Counted from the stretch's first letter, positions 18,436 to 28,169 are shown. The stretch: 64,000 nucleotides of DNA from Candidatus Acidiferrum sp. (GCA_036495905.1 DASXMB010000054.1:529-64528); one strand, 5' to 3'. Made by a program: numbers and translations. Notes: generated from the letters alone by a model not told the origin.

Positions 18436-19259
18436 GCGGGAAGCGCCTCCCAGAAAGTAGCGTCTCTGCGGAAATCCAGGGTATAGCCGGAAATTTGCTG
18501 GACGGCTTGGCCGAGAATCTCCAACAGGCGCTGGTTAGCGGCGAGGTCGCTGGAAAAAAACAAAATGTTGGGCAAGAGAATGCGGAGAAATTCCATGGGA
18601 TGCAGCGAAGCAACTTGATTCGTGGCCGATTGCAGCAGGCGAAAAATTCCAGCGACAGGAGCGCTGACGTTGGATCCAGCAGCGCGGAATTCTCCCCAAA
18701 AGGGAGTGCCGTAGGCGCGCCAGACGCCGTCTTCAAAACGCAGCAGAGAAATTTCGTCGGTGAGGACGGAGCCGGCTGGGGCGAGAGACGCTACGGTGCT
18801 TTTTCCGGCACCGGAACGGCCAGTAAAAACGAAAGCGCGACCATTGCGAACCACGGTGGCGGCATGCAACAAGAAACCGGTGTGCGGCAGCAACCGCCAA
18901 CTAAGGAACATGCGGAGCAGGCCGTCCAATGCGTATTCATTGCCGACGCCGGCGAAAGAGGATTCGGAGGCAAAGATTTTGAGCACGGCGTTTCCGAAGG
19001 TGCAAGAAAATTCGGGGTCGCTATTGGAAGCGGCGACAGAGTCGTTGCAAGAAATGGTGAAGGGATGAGCGTGGCTGGCGGTGAAGGCGCTATAACGCGC
19101 GGACGCGGCGGCGCGGAGCGGCTCTTCCGGGATGCGCAGACGGAGCGGCAGGCAACCGATGGAGACATCAAACTGGTGCTGAGGCGTGCGCCCCAGCGTG
19201 GCTTGCGGTGCGGTCAAAAAACTCCTTGGCCGATTCAACCGGCAAAAAAATGGCAACAC
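18432..19259 (-). CDS. HPr-kinase-like P-loop protein (HprK-related, RiPP-associated kinase type)
   Basis: LLHAATVVRNGRAFVFTGRSGAGKSTVASL, i.e. Walker A G-x-SG-x-GKS in the HprK C-terminal-domain context. The start is uncertain: either the GTG at 19259 or the TTG at 19217, which is preceded by AGGAG. Confidence 0.75.
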   Translation of the reverse strand: MLPFFCRLNRPRSFLTAPQATLGRTPQHQFDVSIGCLPLRLRIPEEPLRAAASARYSAFTASHAHPFTISCNDSVAASNSDPEFSCTFGNAVLKIFASESSFAGVGNEYALDGLLRMFLSWRLLPHTGFLLHAATVVRNGRAFVFTGRSGAGKSTVASLAPAGSVLTDEISLLRFEDGVWRAYGTPFWGEFRAAGSNVSAPVAGIFRLLQSATNQVASLHPMEFLRILLPNILFFSSDLAANQRLLEILGQAVQQISGYTLDFRRDATFWEALPA

Positions 19260-19580
19260 GCGGCGGGGAGGCTGCGACGCGCTGAGCCTAAAGGTATGTA
19301 TCTACTTTCCGGCGACGAGAGGGTGCGCGTCAAGGCCAGATGATACGTGATGGCGCAAAAGAGGAATACCTGTCCTCCAGTACGGTACGTAGCGTGGTGG
19401 ATACGGTCGGCGATTCGCGATGCGGCGGGTGCGGTCCAAATCGGCTGTTTTGCAAAGGGTTGCGATGGGGCATTCTTCAGAGGCCAGGATGGTTCTGTTA
19501 TTCTTGAAGCAGAGTGAAAATGTTTTGTGCTCGATAGGGAAAGGAATGCAATCGTGAAAACTTCAGCGAGTGCCAGTGCC

Positions 19581-20672
19581 ATGGGAAAGCGCGTATTCAA
19601 TTTTAATGCGGGTCCGGGAGCGCTGCCGCTGCCGGTGCTGGAACGCATTCGCGAAGAGTTGCTGGACTGGCAGGGCAGCGGAATGTCGGTGATGGAGATG
19701 AGCCACCGGTCGCCGGAATTCGAGGGAATTTTGGCACGCGCGGAAGCCGGGCTGCGGAAGCATTTGAGCATTCCGGACGAGTACGCGGTGTTGTTCTTGC
19801 AGGGCGGCGGAAGCATGCAATTTACGATGGCGCCGATGAATTTGTGTTTGCCGGGAAAGCCGGTGGATGTGTTGCATACAGGAACATGGACGGCGAAGGC
19901 GCTGGGCGAATTGAAGAAGGGGATTTTGCATAACGTGGCGGCGTCGACCGAGGCAGAAAAGTTTCGCCGCGTGCCACGCAAGGAAGAGATCAAACTTTCG
20001 GCGGATGCGTCGTATGTGCACATGTGCACGAACAATACGATTGAAGGGACGCAGTGGCACACGATGCCGGATAGCGGAGCGGCGCCACTGGTGGCGGACA
20101 TGTCTTCGGATATTGCATCGCGCCCGGTGGACGTGAAGAAATTCGGACTGATTTTTGCAGGCGCGCAGAAAAACCTGGGGCCGAGCGGAGCTACCGTGGT
20201 GATTTTGCGGAAGGAACTGGCGGAGCGGGCGGACAAAAATTTGCCGACGCTGCTCCAATATCGAACCCATGTGAAGGAGCATTCGCTGTATCACACGCCG
20301 CCGACGTTTGCGATTTACATTATTGGGTTGGTGATGGAGTGGATCGATGCGGAAGGCGGGATTGCGGGAATAGAAAAAACGAATGTGGCGAAGGCGAAGT
20401 TGCTTTACGACTCGATTGATGGAAGTGGATTTTATTCGTGTCCGGTGGAGAAGGAATCGCGGTCACGAATGAACGTGGTTTTTCGCGTGGCAGGCGGGGA
20501 TGAGGCGAAAGAAAAGAAATTTGGGGAGCAGGCTGCGGCAGCGGGATTGGTTGGCACGCCGGGACACCGATCGGTGGGCGGGATGAGAGTATCGTTGTAT
20601 AACGCGGTGACGCCGGGGGCGGTGGAGAGTTTGGTGGGATTTATGAAGGAGTTTCAGCGGGTTGAGGGGTAG
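19581..20672 (+). CDS. serC: Phosphoserine aminotransferase SerC
   Basis: MGKRVFNFNAGPGALPLPVLERIREELLDWQGSGMSVMEMSHRSPEF... and ...GAQKNLGPSG.... The ATG at 19581 is preferred. A GTG at 19554 with a better RBS is also possible. Confidence 0.9.
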   Translation: MGKRVFNFNAGPGALPLPVLERIREELLDWQGSGMSVMEMSHRSPEFEGILARAEAGLRKHLSIPDEYAVLFLQGGGSMQFTMAPMNLCLPGKPVDVLHTGTWTAKALGELKKGILHNVAASTEAEKFRRVPRKEEIKLSADASYVHMCTNNTIEGTQWHTMPDSGAAPLVADMSSDIASRPVDVKKFGLIFAGAQKNLGPSGATVVILRKELAERADKNLPTLLQYRTHVKEHSLYHTPPTFAIYIIGLVMEWIDAEGGIAGIEKTNVAKAKLLYDSIDGSGFYSCPVEKESRSRMNVVFRVAGGDEAKEKKFGEQAAAAGLVGTPGHRSVGGMRVSLYNAVTPGAVESLVGFMKEFQRVEG

Positions 20673-20909
20673 GGGCTTTGTGAAGTTGAAAGGCGCGAGC
20701 GAGTGAGCCCAGTGGCCCGTTTGTTGTTTGTGCGGTGATTTTGCGGCGAGGAATGGTTAGTTGGAGGGTTTTGTATTCATCGTTATGTATTTGGGTGGAA
20801 GTTGAAGAAGGCGCAGCAGTGCTGCGCCCCTACAAAGGATTGGTACGATAGAAAGATCGCCACGAGAACGCGTCGCTGGGCAACGCGTAGGCGACTCGTT
20901 TTTAGGCGT

Positions 20910-21608
20910 TTAGGCTAGATCGAAGAGGAGGACTTCCGCTTCGGATTGGCCGGTTAGGTGGAGCGAGGTTTCAGCGGAGATGGCGGCGCCGTCGCCTTCG
21001 GAGAGATCCTGGTCGTTTAATTTGATTTGGCCGCGGGCTACCTGAATGTAGGCGTGGCGGTCTGGCTTGAGTTCGTGGCGAACACTTTCGCCGGGACCGA
21101 GAACGGTGGCGTAGAGTTCGTTGTTCTGGCGAATGGTTACGGAGCCTTCGCGGCCGTCGGGTGAGGCGACCAGGCGGAGCTTGCCGCGCTTTTCCGACTC
21201 AGTGAAATTTTTCTGGTCGTACGTCGGCTTCAGTCCTTGTTTTTCCGGCAACATCCAAATTTGATAAAGATGGACCGGTTCAGTTTTCGAGGCGTTGAAC
21301 TCGCTGTGCGCAACGCCAGTGCCGGCGCTCATATATTGGACGTCGCCCGGACGGATGACCGAGCCGTTGCCCATGCTGTCGCGATGTTCGAGCGCGCCAT
21401 CGAGAACGTAGGTGACGATTTCCATGTCGCGATGCGGATGAGTGGGAAAGCCGCCACCACCGGCGACGCGATCGTCGTTCATGACGCGCAGGGTGCGGAA
21501 CTGGACGTGTTTGCGGTCGAAATATTCGGCGAAAGAAAAGGTGAAATGGCTGTCGAGCCAGCCGTGGTTGGCGTGGCCGCGTTCGTTGCTTTTGCGGATT
21601 TGAATCAT
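20910..21608 (-). CDS. Pirin-family (bicupin) protein
   Basis: MIQIRKSNERGHANHGWLDSHFTFSFAEYFD...GFPTHPHRDMEIVTYVLDGALEHRDSMGN. GGAGG RBS upstream of the ATG at 21608. Confidence 0.85.
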   Translation of the reverse strand: MIQIRKSNERGHANHGWLDSHFTFSFAEYFDRKHVQFRTLRVMNDDRVAGGGGFPTHPHRDMEIVTYVLDGALEHRDSMGNGSVIRPGDVQYMSAGTGVAHSEFNASKTEPVHLYQIWMLPEKQGLKPTYDQKNFTESEKRGKLRLVASPDGREGSVTIRQNNELYATVLGPGESVRHELKPDRHAYIQVARGQIKLNDQDLSEGDGAAISAETSLHLTGQSEAEVLLFDLA

Positions 21609-21871
21609 GGTGGTGACCTCCGGGAATCTGACGACTGGGGATATAATACATGTTATAACGACTATTGTCAAGAGGCATATCGGGGTGGTGGAAGGGCGTA
21701 GCGGGGCGAGCCGCTGCACTCCCAGCGAGCGTTTGGCGGGTTGCGCGGGGCCAGGCAGCGCGAATACTTCTTTAGCTACTAGGCGTTTTGGCGACGTTTC
21801 GCGGGTTTCGCGCTTTGGTGTAAAGTGGTAAAGCGACTCGGCGCACGCCGAAGCCGCCTATAGAGGCCGTT

Positions 21872-23212
21872 ATGGATTCCGTATCCACCACAACCAAGAC
21901 TAAAAAGCCCGAGGCCGTCGCGGGCTCCCGCCAAACGCTTTCCATTACCGATAACCGTACGGGGAAGAGTTACGAAGTGCCGATTACGAACGACACGATC
22001 CGGGCGATGGATCTGCGGCAGATTAAAGTGGAAGCAAGCGATTTTGGGATGATGAGTTACGACCCGGCGTTCAACAATACCGCGTCTTGCATCAGCCGGG
22101 TGACGTACATCGATGGCGATGTGGGAATTTTGCGGTATCGCGGATATCCGATCGAAGATTTGGCGGAAAAGAGCACGTATCTGGAGACCGCGTACCTGCT
22201 GCTGAACGGCGAATTGCCGACGGCGGAACAACTGAAGGAATGGACGTACAACGTGACGCATCACACGTTCATTCACGAAAGCATTAAGAAGTTTTTGGAC
22301 GGATTTCATTACGACGCGCATCCGATGGGGATGATGATTTCGACGATTGCGGCGCTTTCGACTTTTTACCACGATGCGAAAGATATTTTCAGCGCGGAAT
22401 CGCGGAAGAAGCAGACCTACCGGCTAGTGGGGAAAATGCCGACGATTGCAGCGTTTTCTTACCGGCACTCGCTGGGGATGCCGTTCGTGTATCCGGACAA
22501 CGAGCTGAGCTACCCGGGAAATTTTTTGAACATGCTGTTCCGCACGACGGAAACGCGTTACCGGCCGAATCCGACGCTGGAGCGGGCGCTGGAAGTTTTG
22601 TTTATTTTGCACGCGGATCACGAGCAGAACTGTTCGGCGAACACGATCCGTGGCGTGGGTAGTTCGCATGTGGATCCTTACTCGGCGACGGCGGCGGCGA
22701 TTGCGGCGCTGTATGGTCCCTTGCATGGCGGGGCGAACGAAGAAGTGTTGCGGATGCTGGTGGAAATCGGGTCGGTGCAGAAAGTGCCGGATTTTATCAA
22801 GCGAGTGAAGGCCGGCGAAACGAAGCTGATGGGATTCGGGCACCGGGTTTACAAGAATTACGATCCGCGAGCGCGAATTATCAAGAAGGTGGCGTACGAA
22901 GTATTCGACTTGATGGGGAAGAATCCGCTGCTGGAAATCGCGCTGGAATGCGAGCGGATTGCGCTGGAAGACGAATACTTTGTGAAGCGGAAGCTGTATC
23001 CGAACGTGGATTTTTATACCGGATTGATTTACCAGTCGATGGGCTTTCCGATGACGATGTTCCCGGTGCTGTTTGCGATTCCGCGGACTTCGGGATGGAT
23101 TGCGCAGTGGGAAGAGATGCTGCTGGATCCGGAGCAGAAGATTGCGCGGCCGCGACAGATTTATCTTGGGCACGATACGCGGCATTACATGCCGATCGAA
23201 CAACGTAGCTAG
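21872..23212 (+). CDS. gltA: Citrate synthase
   Basis: 446-aa ORF with LHADHEQNCSANT and GFGHRVYKNYDPRA signatures. Confidence 0.9.
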   Translation: MDSVSTTTKTKKPEAVAGSRQTLSITDNRTGKSYEVPITNDTIRAMDLRQIKVEASDFGMMSYDPAFNNTASCISRVTYIDGDVGILRYRGYPIEDLAEKSTYLETAYLLLNGELPTAEQLKEWTYNVTHHTFIHESIKKFLDGFHYDAHPMGMMISTIAALSTFYHDAKDIFSAESRKKQTYRLVGKMPTIAAFSYRHSLGMPFVYPDNELSYPGNFLNMLFRTTETRYRPNPTLERALEVLFILHADHEQNCSANTIRGVGSSHVDPYSATAAAIAALYGPLHGGANEEVLRMLVEIGSVQKVPDFIKRVKAGETKLMGFGHRVYKNYDPRARIIKKVAYEVFDLMGKNPLLEIALECERIALEDEYFVKRKLYPNVDFYTGLIYQSMGFPMTMFPVLFAIPRTSGWIAQWEEMLLDPEQKIARPRQIYLGHDTRHYMPIEQRS

Positions 23213-23326
23213 TTTTTTTGGGCGCGCAACCAGCTTGATGCGCGAGGGTTATCTTCAGTACTTTAGGTTTAACGCGACTCGAACACCTCTCCCGGTCGGC
23301 GTATAGTTAAGAACAAGCGAGGTTGT

Positions 23327-23731
23327 ATGGGTCACATGTCGAACGCAGGAATGCATCCGTTAGCGCGGCGGCGCAGCCAGCGAGTTTTAATGCAGGTGGG
23401 CGTGCGCGTACGGGGCATGGATTCAAACGGGAAGACGTTTGAAGAAGAAGCGGAAACGCTGGCGATCAACGCGCATGGAGCTTTGATTCTGCTGGAAGGG
23501 CGGTTGACCAGCGGCGGCAAAGTGGTGATGCAGCACAAGAAAACGCTGGAGGAACAGGAATGCCACGTGGTGTTTCTGGGTCCGGTGCGGGCGGGCAAGG
23601 CGGAAATTGGATTGGAGTTTTCCGCGCCGCGTCCTACTTTTTGGCGGGTGGCGTTTCCGCCGGAGGATTGGTCTTCGAAGCATCCTGAAGCGCGCAGTGC
23701 GAGCAGCAACCGGCCGGTTCCAGAGAAGTAA
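23327..23731 (+). CDS. Small PilZ-like domain protein (tentative)
   Basis: RRRSQRV (RxxxR-like) followed by a beta-barrel-like segment ...LAINAHGALILL.... The motif match is imperfect. Confidence 0.45.
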   Translation: MGHMSNAGMHPLARRRSQRVLMQVGVRVRGMDSNGKTFEEEAETLAINAHGALILLEGRLTSGGKVVMQHKKTLEEQECHVVFLGPVRAGKAEIGLEFSAPRPTFWRVAFPPEDWSSKHPEARSASSNRPVPEK

Positions 23732-23874
23732 GACCCTGTTTTGAGCAAATGCTTGCAGTAAGTTCACGCCGCGATTTTCCTAAACAATATATTTGGTGAT
23801 TTTGGACGACGATGGCGTGGCTGTACGTGTGTCGCGATTTGCCGAGGTCATGCGCGGAAAGTTTTCTGCGTATT

Positions 23875-24234
23875 TTACGCGCCGGTGGGAACGGGTGTTT
23901 CGGCCGGGGCGAATACCACGAGAACGACCAAATCTTGCGTGATGGTGTGGAACCGGTGATCGGCGCGGGCTGGGACAAAAATAATATCGCCGGGTTCGAG
24001 TGCGCGGTCTTCGAGAGCGCCGTCGTTTTGGCGAATGGTCATGCGGGCCGAGCCGGTGATGACGTAATAGATTTCGTCTTCGGCGTGCGGGGATTGTTTG
24101 TCTTCGGCTCCCGCGGAAAGAGTGTAGAGGCCGCAACTGAGCGAAGGGACGCGGAGGAATTCGAGATAAGAGCGGCCACTGGCAATGCGCTGACGAAAAA
24201 GATCTTCGATGCGGTAGAAGGATGACGTGGACAT
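23875..24234 (-). CDS. Cupin-domain protein
   Basis: ...SPHAEDEIYYVITGSARMTI...LEPGDIIFVPARADHRFH.., the two cupin motifs. The ATG at 24234 with GGAG upstream is preferred over the track start at 24354, which would read through a terminator hairpin. Confidence 0.7.
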   Translation of the reverse strand: MSTSSFYRIEDLFRQRIASGRSYLEFLRVPSLSCGLYTLSAGAEDKQSPHAEDEIYYVITGSARMTIRQNDGALEDRALEPGDIIFVPARADHRFHTITQDLVVLVVFAPAETPVPTGA

Positions 24235-24315
24235 TTTTTGCGCTCCGTACAGTTCGGCGGCGGGAAGCCGAAGGGATTCTTCGAGGGGATCAAGCCTCGT
24301 TTCAGAAACAGTCTG

Positions 24316-24358
24316 CAAACAAAATAAAAGGAGGTGAAAACAAAAAGTTTTCACCTCC
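24316..24358 (-). terminator. Intrinsic terminator about 80 nt upstream of the cupin start codon
   Basis: On the minus strand: GGAGGTGAAAAC-ttttt-GTTTTCACCTCC, a perfect 12-bp stem, followed by TTTTATTTTGTTTG. Confidence 0.6.
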
Positions 24359-24522
24359 CGGGGTGTGGGGTGTTATTGAAACTCTCAGCGAAGAAACAGG
24401 GCTGCCCTGCCAGGCAGAACCCCTGTCAGCTCACTCGCGTGAAACTTGTCGCTATGTGGCAAGAGACTCACCACCAGAGAGCAGGTGGTGGATTTTTAGC
24501 ACCGCGAACTGCGCGGTGTCAA
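24359..24522 (-). promoter_or_regulatory. Candidate promoter plus structured leader or small RNA ending at the 24316-24358 terminator
   Basis: On the minus strand: TTGACA (24522-24517), 18 nt spacer, TAAAAA(T) (24498-24492). This is followed by hairpins such as CCACCAC-ctgctctc-TGGTGGTG and CAGGGG..CCCTG. Confidence 0.3.
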
Positions 24523-24547
24523 CGGCAAAGTTGCCGAGTTAGTTTGC

Positions 24548-24595
24548 GAGAAAAATCCCGCGCGTTGCGTTCTTTTGCGACTCGCAACGCGCGGG
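24548..24595 (-). terminator. Intrinsic terminator of the beta-helix gene
   Basis: 13-bp stem CCCGCGCGTTGCG ... CGCAACGCGCGGG followed on the minus strand by ATTTTTCTC. It lies 18 nt after the stop at 24613. Confidence 0.6.
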
Positions 24596-24612
24596 AGGAA
24601 TTTGCCGATTGT

Positions 24613-25797
24613 CTAGCGCTCAGCGACGACTTTCATTTTCAGGCTGGCGAGCGGCGGATCCTGGACCTCAATGGCCACGTTGAAAAAGTCGTTGCCGTTG
24701 ATGACGTTGCCGGCGGAACCGGCGGCCTTCAGGATCCCGATAGGAGCATCCGTAATTTGATTGCGCTGGACAGCGTTGTTGTTGCCGGCGAGAAAGATGC
24801 CGGCTTCACCGCCGTTGACCACGCGATTGTCGTTGACGGTATTGCCGTCACCTTCGACACGGATGCCTTCGAAAACGGTGGAGGCGAAGGCGGTGTTGCC
24901 GCGGACGACGGAGTTGTTGCCGTCGACGAAGATGCCGATCTGGCTGATGCCGACGATGTTGTCAACGATGCGGACGTCATCGGATTGCGTGACGAGAATG
25001 TTGGTGGCGACAGTGTCGCAGGTGGCGATAGCGTTGCACGGCGCGAAAACGTTGTTGGTGACGGTGTTTTCGCGGATGGTGCCTTGCGCGCCGAACCCAA
25101 TCTGGATGCCGTTTTGCGCGGCTCCGGTGGTGGGACCGAGGCCGGTGACGACGTTATTGCGGATGCGTGCTTGCGTGGCCATTTCGTTGACGGTGATGCC
25201 GTCTTTTTGGAAGTCATGGATGGAGGAGTTGGCGATTTCGACGTCGGAGGTGCCGCCGCTGCCGCTTTCGACGAAGATGCCGGTGCCGCTCTGGCAGCCG
25301 TTGAAGCTGACGCCGAGTTTGAAATTGCGGACGGTGGCGTGGTTCACCGTGCCGGAAGAGTTCTGGAAATAAACTCCGATCAGGCGAGGCGAGCAACTGG
25401 CAATGCCGTTGTTGATGCCGTCGACAGTGAGGCCGGAGATGGTGACGTTGCTGGCGCCGGTGACGAGAAGAGCGGCGGCGATAGCGTCTCCGGTGGCGAG
25501 GCTGGAAGAATTTTGCTGGACGGAAGATGGAACGAGGAAGGCGCCGGGATCGGCGTTGATGTCGAGCGGCTTATTGATGGTTACTTGCTCAGCGTAGACG
25601 CCGTTGCAAACCCGGATGGTGTCTCCCGCGACGGCGGCGTTGACGGCGTCTTGAATTTTGGTGAATTTGGCTTGCGGGCATTGACCGGGAGTATTGCTGA
25701 CGACGAGCCGGGTCTGGTTAGCGGCGCGAGAAGTGTGCGGCAGAAAAAATAACGGGAGCAACAAAAACAGGACACGGTAAGAGTTTTGGATTCTCAC
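24613..25797 (-). CDS. Secreted right-handed parallel beta-helix repeat protein (NosD/pectate-lyase-fold like)
   Basis: Signal peptide MRIQNSYRVLFLLLPLFFLPHTSRA, then many about 22-residue repeats of the type N.I.GN....GI.V (for example NVVTGLGPTTGAAQNGIQIG, NTVTNNVFAP). Confidence 0.75.
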   Translation of the reverse strand: MRIQNSYRVLFLLLPLFFLPHTSRAANQTRLVVSNTPGQCPQAKFTKIQDAVNAAVAGDTIRVCNGVYAEQVTINKPLDINADPGAFLVPSSVQQNSSSLATGDAIAAALLVTGASNVTISGLTVDGINNGIASCSPRLIGVYFQNSSGTVNHATVRNFKLGVSFNGCQSGTGIFVESGSGGTSDVEIANSSIHDFQKDGITVNEMATQARIRNNVVTGLGPTTGAAQNGIQIGFGAQGTIRENTVTNNVFAPCNAIATCDTVATNILVTQSDDVRIVDNIVGISQIGIFVDGNNSVVRGNTAFASTVFEGIRVEGDGNTVNDNRVVNGGEAGIFLAGNNNAVQRNQITDAPIGILKAAGSAGNVINGNDFFNVAIEVQDPPLASLKMKVVAER

Positions 25798-26174
25798 ATT
25801 TCCCCCTTGTGGTTTCGTGGCGTTGTTCGAGGGTTGGGCTGGGAGCCCCGGCGCGGTACTGCTGACGAGCGAGCGGCTAATTTCGTGACGCTATCACTGG
25901 AGTGAAAGAGACAGAGAAACACCCGCTTCCAGGATGGGCGCCCCTACAACGCATGGGGCAAAGGCTAACAGAATGTGGGAAAGGGGTGAATAGTACTTTT
26001 TCGTGACTTTGGGAGGGTGGCACCGTCGGACGGGTTCTCCGCGGGGGCGAAGAGCGGGTGGGATGGCGCGTCAACTACACATAGGGATTGATTGGGGTAC
26101 AGGTTACCGGGGATGGGCAGGAGGGCAGGCCGGCGGGATGATGCAAAGTTTGTGTTGGAAGCAGCGTGAGGTTT

Positions 26175-27056
26175 ATGAACACAGCGAAGAAAACCCAGAA
26201 AAGTAGCGTTGCGGATCCGGTGGACGACAGGCCGGAATCGCACCCGTCGCCGATCAATAAGCCTATCGAGCAGAAGCAAGTGGAAGAACGGGTGGCGATT
26301 GGGGCCAACGTCGTTTACGAGACGATACGGCGCGAGGGCGAGGAGGAGATGAAGCGGACGACGTCGGCGCTGGCGTGGTCCGGGCTGGCGGCGGGACTAT
26401 CGATGGGTTTTTCGTTGTTTGCGGAAGCGGCGCTTTCGGCCTGTTTGCCGGATGCACCGTGGCGTCCGCTGATTTCGAAGTTGGGATACAGCGTGGGATT
26501 TCTGTTCGTGATTCTGGGGAGGCAGCAACTCTTTACGGAAAATACGTTAACGGTGATTTTACCGCTGCTGTTGCGCAGGAATTTTGCCACGCTGCTGAGC
26601 GTAGGGAGATTGTGGTCCGCGGTTCTAATTTCGAATTTGGTGGGCACATTCTTATTTGCGTTGTGTATCGCAAAGATTGCGATTTTTAGTCCGCAGGTAC
26701 AAAAAGCTCTACAGGATGTAAGCCAGGAGGGCATGGGGAGCGGATTCTGGGTGTCGCTGCTACGAGCGATTTTCGCGGGCTGGCTGATCGCGTTGATGGT
26801 GTGGCTGCTGCCGGCGGCGGATTCCGCGAAGGTGAGCATCATTATTATCGTGACGTATCTGGTCGGACTGGGGCACTTCAACCACATTATCGCCGGATCG
26901 AACAAAATGTTTTATCAGGTGGCGATCGGATCGGAGAGTTGGAGCTCGTTTTTTGGGGCGTTCTTTTTGCCGACGCTATTGGGAAATATTATTGGCGGAG
27001 TATCCCTGGTGGCGTTTTTGGGGCATGCGCAGGTGGTGGGAGGCAAGGAAAATTAG
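26175..27056 (+). CDS. Formate/nitrite transporter (FNT) family protein
   Basis: Six-TM pattern with GRQQLFTENT and LGHFNHIIAGS motifs characteristic of FNT channels. Confidence 0.8.
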   Translation: MNTAKKTQKSSVADPVDDRPESHPSPINKPIEQKQVEERVAIGANVVYETIRREGEEEMKRTTSALAWSGLAAGLSMGFSLFAEAALSACLPDAPWRPLISKLGYSVGFLFVILGRQQLFTENTLTVILPLLLRRNFATLLSVGRLWSAVLISNLVGTFLFALCIAKIAIFSPQVQKALQDVSQEGMGSGFWVSLLRAIFAGWLIALMVWLLPAADSAKVSIIIIVTYLVGLGHFNHIIAGSNKMFYQVAIGSESWSSFFGAFFLPTLLGNIIGGVSLVAFLGHAQVVGGKEN

Positions 27057-27089
27057 GCCGGTGCGTTGGGCGGAATCGCGAGCAAGAAT

Positions 27090-27830
27090 CTAGTCGCCGC
27101 TGGCGTAGGCCGGTGCGATGGCGAGCGAAGAAGACGAACGGTTGTCAGACGTTGGTGGAATGTTTCGATGCGGATTCAAGGCAGACGGGGAATGGCGTAA
27201 TTTTGGTCGCATCGATTTCTGTAAATTTTCGCGAAGCTGACGATGCGCACGGAATAGTCTGAGACGAACGGCGACAATCGAAATGCCGATGCGATCAGCG
27301 GTTTCTTGCGTGGAATATTGCAGGACGTCGCGAAGCAGGCAGGTTTGCCGGAGATCGGGCTGGAGCTGGGCGATAGCGCGCGCCAAGAGGATGTTTCGCT
27401 GACGGCGGGCGAAACGTTCTTCGGGATTGTCCTGGCGGCAAGGAATGCGATTGCCCAGAGTTTCTTCAGCAGGACCTTTCGATTCTTCCAGCGAAATCAT
27501 TTTGGAATCGCGGCGCTGGCGCAAGAGATCGATGGAGCTATTGGCGCCGATGCGAGCGACCCAGGCGCGAAAGTCGTTGTTGGTCTCATCTTGATTTCCA
27601 GAAAACTGATCGAGGCGGGACCATGCTTTTAGCAGGGCTTCCTGTTGCACATCTTCCGCGTCGGCCGGATTGCCGGTCAGCCGCCGAGCGCGTTTGTAGA
27701 GCGTGGGAACGTAGGGTGAAACCATTTCGGTGAACGCTTCGTGGCTTCCGCGGCGGGCTTCGGCCAGCAGGGTATGCTGCGAACTAGTGTGAAGCGAGTT
27801 CGAACAGAGTGTGGATGCGGCTGCGCTCAT
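27090..27830 (-). CDS. ECF-type sigma-70 family RNA polymerase sigma factor
   Basis: Region 2 (ADAEDVQQEALLKAWSRLDQF) and region 4 HTH (STQETADRIGISIVAVRLRLFRAHRQLRE), plus an extra tail of about 45 aa. No adjacent anti-sigma gene. Confidence 0.8.
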   Translation of the reverse strand: MSAAASTLCSNSLHTSSQHTLLAEARRGSHEAFTEMVSPYVPTLYKRARRLTGNPADAEDVQQEALLKAWSRLDQFSGNQDETNNDFRAWVARIGANSSIDLLRQRRDSKMISLEESKGPAEETLGNRIPCRQDNPEERFARRQRNILLARAIAQLQPDLRQTCLLRDVLQYSTQETADRIGISIVAVRLRLFRAHRQLRENLQKSMRPKLRHSPSALNPHRNIPPTSDNRSSSSLAIAPAYASGD

Positions 27831-28169
27831 GTCGAGGGAGTAGATGGCAGGCTGAGAGCCACGGCAAGAGGGCGCCTAGTCGCTTGATAATAATGGAGAT
27901 AACTTAAACCCCGGGACGCGCTGAACCGCGGCCTAGCGACCGATTGTGGGACAGAGTGTTGCGTAAGCGGTCAGTCCAGGACCGTGAATTGAGCGCGGAC
28001 CTTATTGCACGGGTGACGCTTTATATTGATTAATCTGAGATAAATTTCGGGTGAGAGCCGCCAAAACTCTGGAAGTTTGCGGGTTGAGACGCCCATCCAA
28101 GAACCCTGAGGGGTGCCGCGCCCTGGTCGGGTGCGGCGTCTACCCGCTCTATCCTCGCGACGGCGAATG

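Noticed and set aside
20805-20835. The hairpin GGCGCAGCA-g-TGCTGCGCC followed by CCTACAAAGG, and a loosely similar hairpin-plus-CTACAAAGG at 57040-57090 on the opposite strand.
   Set aside because: The shared segment is only about 10 nt, too short to claim a repeat family from two copies in one window.
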